IMG/VR virus record: IMGVR_UViG_3300025327_000001
Direction: 5' to 3' (one strand)
From: an uncultured virus (IMG/VR IMGVR_UViG_3300025327_000001)
Lineage: Duplodnaviria; Heunggongvirae; Uroviricota; Caudoviricetes
DNA length: 64,000 nt
The notes beneath the pieces are model-generated. The model was not told the DNA's origin. It made no database searches and was given only the letters and a program-made list of their open reading frames with translations. The position numbers and the translations under genes were made by a program. Below are positions 1 to 7,906 of this stretch, piece by piece (positions within the stretch are counted from its first letter, which is position 1; each line of letters begins with the position of its first letter).

Positions 1-554
1 TGGCAGAAAATCTCCCCGTGTCCCTTGGAATAAATCTCGCCTTCGATATTGTCAACGACAGAAGATTTCACGGGTTTTCTTCCTTGCATGAACAGGAAAA
101 TACTCTTGATTTCGTCCATTTCCTGTTGTGTTACGGGTGAAACGCAAACTTCCGTGCCTTCTTGATGATTCGTGTGTTGAATCTGAATATTCAGAATCTC
201 AGATTCCCACTTTTCGGAATACCGCATGAAAAACTCGAATGTGAAATCCCCCGTCCGCCCGGAAACTTTCCTCCCATTGCGGCAAAGGACCATAGCCCCG
301 ACTTTCAAGCCTTCCCCGAATTGGCCGATTGTGTCCTTTCCCTCTTTCTCGGTCCCACCCATCACAAAATTCTTTCGTGTCAGGGAACCGATGGAATTTC
401 TGACCTTTAACGTGTTATCACGCAGATTAACGGAAATCTCCGAGTGTGTGTCCAAGGCGTTAGCGACGATTTCCCGAATCCCATCTTTTACGCTCCAATG
501 CCGGGCGTAAGTGGGTGAAATGGGCAATTCGAGAATTTCAATCGTTGTGTTCAT
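1..554 (-). CDS. GHKL (HATPase_c) ATPase, runs off the left edge; absent from the supplied ORF track
   Basis: Manual translation from ATG at 554: MNTTIEILELPISPTYARHWSVKDGIREIVANALD...IGQFGEGLKVGAMVL. It has the ExxxNAxD and GxFGxG Bergerat motifs and no stop before position 1. Confidence 0.85.
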   Translation of the reverse strand, partial: MNTTIEILELPISPTYARHWSVKDGIREIVANALDTHSEISVNLRDNTLKVRNSIGSLTRKNFVMGGTEKEGKDTIGQFGEGLKVGAMVLCRNGRKVSGRTGDFTFEFFMRYSEKWESEILNIQIQHTNHQEGTEVCVSPVTQQEMDEIKSIFLFMQGRKPVKSSVVDNIEGEIYSKGHGEIFC

Positions 555-729
555 CAAAATCCCCAACTATTCCGTGTCCAACGAGACAATCGGAAATTGT
601 GTCGGTTCCCACACGTTTTTGTGTTAGACACTTCGGGCAAAAGAATTTCTCACGCGGATATTCTGTGTCCATACACGATCCGCAGGAAATACAATGCCAA
701 TGATAGATTTCTGGAAGTGTTGTGTTCAT
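538..729 (-). CDS. Small zinc-ribbon protein (63 aa)
   Basis: CISC...CPKC; GGAGG before ATG at 729; ATGA overlap with the upstream gene. Confidence 0.7.
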   Translation of the reverse strand: MNTTLPEIYHWHCISCGSCMDTEYPREKFFCPKCLTQKRVGTDTISDCLVGHGIVGDFDEHND

Positions 730-887
730 TCGAAATCCTCCAAAAAGGGAGCACCGCAAAACGGGCATTGTGTTATTTCAGGTGGAAACGGGAAATTGGA
801 GATTGTTTCGTCCGCGTCAATGCAGGAATCGCAGAAATCACATTCTGGATAACCTGTTTCGGAATCGTGTGTTGGATTGCAATCCAT
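726..887 (-). CDS. Small Cys-rich acidic zinc-finger protein (53 aa)
   Basis: CDFCDSC...CPFC; GAGG RBS; TGATG overlap with the upstream stop. Confidence 0.7.
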   Translation of the reverse strand: MDCNPTHDSETGYPECDFCDSCIDADETISNFPFPPEITQCPFCGAPFLEDFE

Positions 888-1069
888 CAAACAACCTCTC
901 TGAATTGAAATGTGGGAGATATGCGTGTTTGGGCCTTTGCAACGTGTCCGATATTCATCAAAACGTGCCCTTCCGCGTGTAATTGCGCGGATCGCTCGTT
1001 TGTGAATCGGCGGAATGTTTCGCAGGTCCAGCAAACGGAAAGAATCTTGGGAACGTGTGTTTTTATCAT
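887..1069 (-). CDS. Small C2H2-like protein (60 aa)
   Basis: CWTC...HAEGH; purine-rich RBS; stop coupled to the next start. Confidence 0.6.
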   Translation of the reverse strand: MIKTHVPKILSVCWTCETFRRFTNERSAQLHAEGHVLMNIGHVAKAQTRISPTFQFREVV

Positions 1070-1216
1070 GAGAAACCCCTTCCCTTTGGTGTGCAATCCT
1101 GGCATGATAGGATTAGACCCCAATTTCTAATTGTGTTCATTAGAAATCGAAGTGTCCAATCTTCGGGAAGCGGGATTGTGAATCCATATCCACAATCTAC
1201 ACACTTTACAGGGAAA

Positions 1217-1342
1217 TCAAGCATACCGAGAAACCTCTGGCATCTTGAAAATCTGTAATCCGCCGGAAAAGACCACTTTTTCGTATTTGTGGTCCCATTC
1301 CCGCTTTAGGGATTTGCAGATTTCTAAGATTTGTTCGTCCAT
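1217..1342 (-). CDS. Hypothetical 41-aa protein (MDEQILEICK...)
   Basis: AGGAG RBS upstream of ATG at 1342. Confidence 0.5.
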   Translation of the reverse strand: MDEQILEICKSLKREWDHKYEKVVFSGGLQIFKMPEVSRYA

Positions 1343-1577
1343 GTACCTTTCTCCTTGAAATTGTTGTTGTGGAATTGTAAAGAATCCCGGTTTTGTGTTG
1401 TTTTCGACATGGCCGGGCGAAGTCCAAACCGGGAAATTCCTTCGCTCGTCTTTGCGGGGGAGGGTTTGTTTGTTTATTTGCAATAACAGGCAGGGAGTTT
1501 AGGCTCCTCCCTGCCCGGATGGATATTTTACGAAGTGTGTTACTCATCCATCATTTTCGCACACTAAGCCCACGGTG

Positions 1578-1585
1578 TATAAATA
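1578..1585 (-). promoter_or_regulatory. Archaeal-type TATA box (TATTTATA) for leftward transcription
   Basis: AT-only box in GC-rich context upstream of the minus-strand operon, flanked by a 9-bp inverted repeat. Confidence 0.55.
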
Positions 1586-2010
1586 TAACGGGAATCTACT
1601 AATCCGGCCCACCGTGGGTGTATGAAACCGGATTTTCGATTTGCCGCCCGTCTCCATTGTACGGATGGAGTAGTGAACGGTAACGGATTTTGTTTAAAAT
1701 CCGCAAAGGGTTTGTGTCCCTTTGTGAGAATGCCCGTTCCATTGGCCAATAAATACCTATACCGGATTTCGGATAGGTGCTGGCGAACCACTTTTTGAAT
1801 ACCGATTTGTGGGATTGCACCACAAACCCCGCGTGTGTTTTTACGGGAATCGGTGTGTGTGTGTGTTGTTTTTTTCACACGCCAAGAAGTTTTCCCCGGT
1901 GTATTGTCCTTGAAAGGACTAATTCGGATGCTATCGTGGCGTGTGTGTTTACCAGCGAAAATTGCTGGAAAATGGAAAAAGGTGTGAGTTTCCGATCCTC
2001 GGTTTCCCGA

Positions 2011-2298
2011 TTACTCGGAAACTTCGGTGTATTCCCCGCCCATCGGTGCGTATCCGATGATTTTGCCGTTTTCGAGCCGGAGGAGTCCCTTTTCCCCAAC
2101 CTCGTTGTCGGCGGCGAAGGATAGCAATTCCTGAACGTGGGAATCGCCCGTTTCCATCGTGGCCCGTTCCTCGCGTGCCTCCTTGAGCCGTGCCTCCAAC
2201 TTTAGCACTTTGGCGTCGATTTCTGCCAATCGTGCCGTTGTTGGCTTCAAGTCGCAAACGAGGAACCAGCCATCCTTATATGCTGGCTTTCGTCCCAT
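2011..2298 (-). CDS. Hypothetical coiled-coil protein (95 aa, MGRKPAYK...)
   Basis: AGGAGG RBS before ATG at 2298; heptad-like LAEIDAKVLKLEARLKEA. Confidence 0.65.
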   Translation of the reverse strand: MGRKPAYKDGWFLVCDLKPTTARLAEIDAKVLKLEARLKEAREERATMETGDSHVQELLSFAADNEVGEKGLLRLENGKIIGYAPMGGEYTEVSE

Positions 2299-2312
2299 TG
2301 TGTCATTTCCTC

Positions 2313-2537
2313 CTAATTCTGTTGTTTCTCCCGGAAAGGCACCGTGAATCCGTGCCCTTCCACCCTTACTTGCGACCATTCGAAAGTATAAATAGATGAA
2401 CAAAAGTGTACATTGTGTGTGTGTGGGGGACCATTCGATGCCTTCGACACGCTTCGACCCCATCTAACCGCTTCAACGGTATCGAATAGGTCATATGTCG
2501 CTCGCATCGCTACAAACCCCTGAGCCATAAGGTACAC
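2313..2537 (-). CDS. Hypothetical protein
   Basis: GGGAGG before GTG, downstream of a TATA box; overlaps the next promoter. Confidence 0.35.
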   Translation of the reverse strand: MYLMAQGFVAMRATYDLFDTVEAVRWGRSVSKASNGPPHTHNVHFCSSIYTFEWSQVRVEGHGFTVPFREKQQN

Positions 2538-2575
2538 TTCTGTTCCTCCCTGCGACCATTCGAAACCTTATATAG
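2371..2575 (-). promoter_or_regulatory. Two TATA promoters each followed by the identical 15-mer TTTCGAATGGTCGCA
   Basis: Plus-strand tgcgaccattcgaaa at 2371-2385 and 2551-2565, next to tataaata (2387-2394) and ttatatag (2568-2575); partial copy at 2429-2438. Confidence 0.65.
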
Positions 2576-2851
2576 TCGTTCCCGAATATTATAACGCTGT
2601 TATAATTCCTATCGGAATAGAAAAATCAATCCTGAGAATTTTAAAGGTCGTATAGATAGCACCTATACTACCTTGAATTTTCGCACGAGCTCGGATCGCC
2701 GCCAATAGGAATATCTGACCAGGGATAATATTCTTGGAATATAATTCCCGAATTATTATTATCGGACGATAAAAACGATCCTTGCAGTTATTATACAGCC
2801 ATGATAGATAATAGCATGGGCACTCTCTAAAAAAATAAGGGGAAGGAGATA

Positions 2852-3712
2852 TTAATACTCACCCTCCTCGTCGGGAAGATCCGCCGGAACGGTTCCACGT
2901 ACATGATACGCGCGGCACGGGGCGCACCAAAATCGGTTCCACGGCATCAAGTTTCTAAACTCCGTTCGGGCCTTCCCACCCCCCAACGTAAAGGGTCGGA
3001 AGATGGGGGAAGCCTTCCCATCAGGGCACCGATGGGGGACGTATTCCACGCGGAATACCGATATTCCCGCATGGCACCCAACGTACCGCATGGGCCGAGA
3101 TACACGTTCCCATCCGACGGTTCGGTTCACGGCTTTCTTGGGTTTCCCCATTGCGTCCCATTCGGTTACTACCGACTTTACAATCCCGGTAGTCAGTCCC
3201 CAATAGGCCAAGAAGGAAAGTCCCTCTTGGTCCATCTTGGGAATTTCGGCTATCCAAAATTCCCGTCGGAAGGGCCTTCCCTGAATCTCCCGGCTTTCGG
3301 CCCGCCTAACGTCGCCTTCCCCATCGGCGCGAGAATGGCTTATCTCCCGGCACCGAAGGCATATCCAAACTGCCGCGCCCGATGCCTTGGACTTCCGAAG
3401 CGAAGCCTCCCGCATCCGGTCCCGCTGACCCATTGAAAGGCGCGCCCATGCGGGAAGGTTATCCCCTTCCCCCGGAAGAATCCATCCGTCCGATGCTTCG
3501 GATTCATGGCTATAAAATAGCCCCACGGATGGGGTCCATTCGCCTTTCAATTCTCGGGGATTCGTATCGGGAACGATAAGGGTCCCATTCACGAATCGCC
3601 CGCGTCCGAGAACCGTTACGATTCGGTCCTTTGGGGGGCGCGCCTTTGCCTTTCGGATGGGTTTGCAGATAGGGCACCCATCCGCCGGAATTGGGCACTT
3701 GCACGTAGTCAT
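2852..3712 (-). CDS. Hypothetical basic Cys-rich protein (286 aa)
   Basis: Long ORF with CxC/CxxC pairs; GGGGGT RBS; ATGA overlap with the upstream gene. Confidence 0.65.
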   Translation of the reverse strand: MTTCKCPIPADGCPICKPIRKAKARPPKDRIVTVLGRGRFVNGTLIVPDTNPRELKGEWTPSVGLFYSHESEASDGWILPGEGDNLPAWARLSMGQRDRMREASLRKSKASGAAVWICLRCREISHSRADGEGDVRRAESREIQGRPFRREFWIAEIPKMDQEGLSFLAYWGLTTGIVKSVVTEWDAMGKPKKAVNRTVGWERVSRPMRYVGCHAGISVFRVEYVPHRCPDGKASPIFRPFTLGGGKARTEFRNLMPWNRFWCAPCRAYHVRGTVPADLPDEEGEY

Positions 3713-3873
3713 TTTATAACTACCCCCTTAAGGGCAAAACCGATTTCCCCGAACGTTTCTAATTCACGGTCTAGTCTTTCTTGAGCCTCCATTGCGACCC
3801 TTACGATAGCCGCCGCGACCCATGCATCTAGCACACTAGCGCCATGCTTTCCATGCCTTCGCCTTCTTGCCAT
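3709..3873 (-). CDS. Small basic protein (MARRRRHGKH..., 54 aa), first gene of the leftward unit
   Basis: AAGGAG RBS; TATA box TTTATAT at 3936-3942. Confidence 0.6.
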   Translation of the reverse strand: MARRRRHGKHGASVLDAWVAAAIVRVAMEAQERLDRELETFGEIGFALKGVVIK

Positions 3874-4629
3874 GTCTCTCGGTTCTCCTTGCGGATGCGT
3901 CCCACGCACCCGACGTACCGTAATCGAACGGGGGGATATAAAGGGGGGGCCGCTTCCTCAAGTCAACGAATCGCTAAGGATGAAATAAGGTACAAAATAG
4001 CGCATCTCTCCATAGGATCGCGCCTATTTCGCATTGCTATTGAATGACACGGCCCCACGCCTCCAATGCACAAAAAGGGGCACTGATTATAGGTCGGACC
4101 TTACTAAAGTCTAGCCTCTCTCGATTCAATCTATACTGCCCCTCCATGAAGGCACCCCTGGCGCAATGACAAAACGCCCATGCGCCGCCTGATCCTACAT
4201 GGACTCGATACCACCATGAAAAAAGATAGCTCCCACCTATACATTTCCCACCTTGGACCTAATTTAATCACGCATTGATACTTTTTGGACATCGGGCCGG
4301 GGGTCATCAAACGGACATATATACCGTATCTTTTTTGGCACCCTGCTATATATACCCAAGACAATGGGACAGGCCATTCATGTAATAATATGCGCTAAGT
4401 GGGGGGGCGTTTCTGTTAGTTAGCGCGTAATTTAGAAAAAGTGGGATAAAGGGATATTCGGTGCAGGTATCTTTTTCTGTTTATTTATATACTGCACGCT
4501 CAAAAATGACTACAGGAACATATAGTAGGAATACTTCCACAACTGATGCAAAACATCTCTTTTGTACTTACATCCAGCGTTATATAGGAGTAACAATTAG
4601 GACAATCTACAAAAATCTCACTGAGATAT

Positions 4630-5208
4630 TTACTTCTCTTTTTGGTGAATAAGTTCTTCAATACTGCCAGATGACCACAACCCAAATAATGCTAATGGAG
4701 ATAATATAAGGACAAGGACAATATACATTAAATCATTAGCAGTAAATAAGAAATAATTCCAAGAGAAGTGGAAGGCCACTGATAACACATATCCTAATAT
4801 ATTGATATTCTTTCCAGTATATTGGAGTATCTTAAATTTGTTAGTTATTTGTGATACGGCCTTCGATGAAATATAGAACATCAAATGACCATTATATATC
4901 AAGCGAGTTAAAAATACATACCAAAACATGATTCCTATAATTAAGGATGTATAATAAGATTCTATGATTATTGAATAAATAATACTCTCTATACCAGAGA
5001 TTAATAAAATATAATAAAGTCCAAATTTAAAATGGAAATTCCTAGTTATAATCCATTTAGTTGTCTCTTCATTTAAGGCTATAAATAATAGGAACATGGC
5101 AAGAGTGGGAGTGAATAAAGAAAGAAACAACTCATTGAACATAGCCATAGACGCATAGGATAGAGTGGCTAAACACAATAACATAATGAATTTATCTAAT
5201 CTATTCAT
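4630..5208 (-). CDS. Multi-pass membrane protein
   Basis: About six hydrophobic segments; GGAGGGTGA RBS. Confidence 0.75.
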   Translation of the reverse strand: MNRLDKFIMLLCLATLSYASMAMFNELFLSLFTPTLAMFLLFIALNEETTKWIITRNFHFKFGLYYILLISGIESIIYSIIIESYYTSLIIGIMFWYVFLTRLIYNGHLMFYISSKAVSQITNKFKILQYTGKNINILGYVLSVAFHFSWNYFLFTANDLMYIVLVLILSPLALFGLWSSGSIEELIHQKEK

Positions 5209-5528
5209 TTACTATTCACCCTCCTTGATATTTGTTTATAGAATGGAAGTGAATTTGTTTTGATGATACTGACTGAGAATGGTATAGGATGTCCCTTTTC
5301 ATCCCGTCTAAAGTAATCTACTATATTATTTATTTTATACTTTCCTTCTATCTTAATCAATACAGCATTCCTGACTCTAGCGATGGATTCAGCAACTTCT
5401 CTATCGTCATAAATAGCATAGAATGGTGTAGATATCTGTCTATTGTTATCATCATAACCTTCGGGGGACCAGAATAAAACAATATAAGTAATTACATGAC
5501 CTTTATTATCTGTATTGTCTATCTTCAC
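5205..5528 (-). CDS. Hypothetical protein (probable GTG start at 5528)
   Basis: AGGTG RBS before GTG; the longer TTG start would overlap the divergent promoter. Confidence 0.6.
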   Translation of the reverse strand: MKIDNTDNKGHVITYIVLFWSPEGYDDNNRQISTPFYAIYDDREVAESIARVRNAVLIKIEGKYKINNIVDYFRRDEKGHPIPFSVSIIKTNSLPFYKQISRRVNSK

Positions 5529-5583
5529 TGAAACACCTATATTTCTATGAGGCTGTTTGAGTAAAAACAATATATGCGAATGG

Positions 5584-5594
5584 TTATATATAAA
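5584..5594. promoter_or_regulatory. Probable bidirectional TATA box (TTATATATAAA)
   Basis: Lies between divergent genes at 5528(-) and 5630(+). Confidence 0.5.
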
Positions 5595-5629
5595 CTCTGT
5601 ATAACTATTCAAGAAACATGGGGTAGAAG

Positions 5630-6199
5630 ATGTCGAGAGTGTCTAAGATACGTCAACTAGACCTAGAGAAAGAAGTCATGGAACTTAGACAGAAAGGTTT
5701 GGGTCCTGTCACAATAGCCAACACATTGAATGAACGACATAAATTAGATGGTCCTAATAGAATAATATTCAGCAACGTGACAAACTATCTAAAGAGTATA
5801 CCTGCAGCAGAAATGAATGTTCTGAAGGAACAACATCTGAAAGAAGTTATATTGGAACCCGCAATGATGTTGAAGACTGATTTGGAAGAATTCAGGGAGC
5901 CCATTGTAAATAAAATTAAGAATATATTGAGCAGCAATAGTAATGTATTATCTAAGACAGAGATTATGTCACTTACAGCATTCGTTGATTTCTATAAGAA
6001 TATCTTTGACCGTATTGCCAAATTAGAGAATATATTAAGTCCGGGCGAACATATAAAGGCAGAGAAGGTAATGATTATAAAACAATACAACGATATCAAA
6101 CAAGTGGTTATGGATACTGTGATGCAATGCCCCAATTGCAGTAAGATATTACAAGACAAACTATCTACGGTTGTTGATGTCGATGAGAATATGCAATAA
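5630..6199 (+). CDS. Putative terminase small subunit
   Basis: N-terminal HTH-like segment, C-terminal CPNC, position upstream of TerL. Confidence 0.6.
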   Translation: MSRVSKIRQLDLEKEVMELRQKGLGPVTIANTLNERHKLDGPNRIIFSNVTNYLKSIPAAEMNVLKEQHLKEVILEPAMMLKTDLEEFREPIVNKIKNILSSNSNVLSKTEIMSLTAFVDFYKNIFDRIAKLENILSPGEHIKAEKVMIIKQYNDIKQVVMDTVMQCPNCSKILQDKLSTVVDVDENMQ

Positions 6200-6344
6200 G
6201 GATTGTTATTTTTTCAAGTTGATTAGGAATAATGTAGGTAATTGTGAGTGTTTTCATAGACTCATCCTATATAATAATGAATGTATAGATGAAACACAGG
6301 CAGATGAATTAGAAGAATTATATAAGAATGATGGAGAAGAATAG
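6183..6344 (+). CDS. Small Cys-containing protein (53 aa, MRICNKDCYFF...)
   Basis: Manual translation; fills the TerS-TerL gap. Confidence 0.45.
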   Translation: MRICNKDCYFFKLIRNNVGNCECFHRLILYNNECIDETQADELEELYKNDGEE

Positions 6345-6345
6345 G

Positions 6346-7878
6346 ATGAATGATCTTTTAATGGATTTAAAAAAGTCCGTTGAATTAAAAAGTAAGATAG
6401 CAGACCCAAGGAATGTGGCTACATACTATCTAGGACATACAATGTGGACATTACATAATGAATTATATAAAACAGTACAGAATACAGATTTACGGCGTGT
6501 CGTTGTTATAGCTCCAAGAGACCATGGAAAGTCGGAAGTATTCACACACACACTACCATTATGGTCTTATTTGAACAACAGGGATATACGCATATTAATT
6601 TCTGCCAAATCTAAAGACCAAGCGACTAAATTCCTCTCAGTCATCAAACAAGACTTCGAAAAAAATGAAAAAATTAAGAAGGACTTCGGGGACCTCAAGG
6701 ACAATCCATGGCAGGATTCTAAGATATATCTGAAACGCAATCCTACTGTATCATTGAAGGACCCATCTGTAGAGGCTGTGGGAGTATTAGGTGGAATTAC
6801 AGGAGCACACTTTGACCTTATTGTATGTGATGACCTTCTGGATGATGAAAATACAAGAACAGAAAGAAAGAGACAAAGTGTTATGACATGGTTCAAAGGA
6901 ACATTAGAACCTTTATTGGAACCTAATGGTCGTCTATTCGTTGTAGGCACACGGAAACATTATAAGGATATGTATCAATATCTCCTGAACAATGATGTAT
7001 GGAAACATCTAGAGTGTCAATATAACATAGCAGGCGATCATAGACGCTGTGGTTATAAATCTATTATACAGGAACCAAGACATGAGATAATATATAATGA
7101 TGAAGGTAAACTAAAAGATATTAAAATCATAGGAGATTGTAAGATATTATTACCAGAGAAATTTACTATACAAGAACTTCTGACTCGTAAAATATCCATG
7201 GGTTCACAGTTATTCAACTCAGAGTATCAGAACGACCCTACGGGATTAGAAGGGTTATTACTGGATGATGAATGGCTTCAGTATTATGAACATATATCAG
7301 ACTTAGATAAATTGATATTCAAATTAAAGGTGATGGCCTTTGACCTTGCTATCAGTGAAAAAGATATCGAGGGAGGAGATTATTTCGCTGGTGTCTTTCT
7401 TGGTTTGACTGATGATAATAAGTTTTATGTATTAGATTATATTAGAGAACATCTTGACTTTCCATCACAGGTAAGGAAGGTCCAATCATGGTTTGACCTA
7501 CAATCTTCTTTCGGTTGGAGACCGGATGTAGTAGTTATAGAGACTAATGCATATCAAAAGGCCCTGTCACAACATCTCAAGGCTGTCAGTACATTGCCAA
7601 TCATAGAAAAGAAGCAGGATAAGGATAAATACACACGTTTATTAGAAGTGAGTCCATACTTTGAGTCTAAGAGAGTATATTTAAGGGATGATATGACTGA
7701 TATAATTGATGAATACAAGATGTTTCCCCGTGGCGACCATGAAGACTTGTTAGATGCTATTCAAATGGCCATGTCTGAGATTATAAAACGTTCTACAGAT
7801 TATGAGTTCTTTGGTTGGCGTCCCGGATGGTTACGTAAGAAAGACGAGAGTGAATATATATCAAGTAGACATATATAG
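6346..7878 (+). CDS. terL: Terminase large subunit
   Basis: Walker A APRDHGKS, Walker B LIVCDD, VGT motif, nuclease AFDLA and HEDLLDA. Confidence 0.95.
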   Translation: MNDLLMDLKKSVELKSKIADPRNVATYYLGHTMWTLHNELYKTVQNTDLRRVVVIAPRDHGKSEVFTHTLPLWSYLNNRDIRILISAKSKDQATKFLSVIKQDFEKNEKIKKDFGDLKDNPWQDSKIYLKRNPTVSLKDPSVEAVGVLGGITGAHFDLIVCDDLLDDENTRTERKRQSVMTWFKGTLEPLLEPNGRLFVVGTRKHYKDMYQYLLNNDVWKHLECQYNIAGDHRRCGYKSIIQEPRHEIIYNDEGKLKDIKIIGDCKILLPEKFTIQELLTRKISMGSQLFNSEYQNDPTGLEGLLLDDEWLQYYEHISDLDKLIFKLKVMAFDLAISEKDIEGGDYFAGVFLGLTDDNKFYVLDYIREHLDFPSQVRKVQSWFDLQSSFGWRPDVVVIETNAYQKALSQHLKAVSTLPIIEKKQDKDKYTRLLEVSPYFESKRVYLRDDMTDIIDEYKMFPRGDHEDLLDAIQMAMSEIIKRSTDYEFFGWRPGWLRKKDESEYISSRHI

Positions 7879-7906
7879 GTATAAAAACATATAAAGGTGA
7901 CTTAAA

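Noticed and set aside
162..4047. Plus-strand ORFs in the GC-rich region (for example 2903-3436, 226-510)
   Set aside because: RBSs, TATA boxes, gene coupling and protein motifs all support the minus strand.
1..4460. Host chromosome flanking a provirus
   Set aside because: No housekeeping genes, integrase or att-like tRNA; genes are small and virus-like. Disfavoured but not fully excluded without reads.
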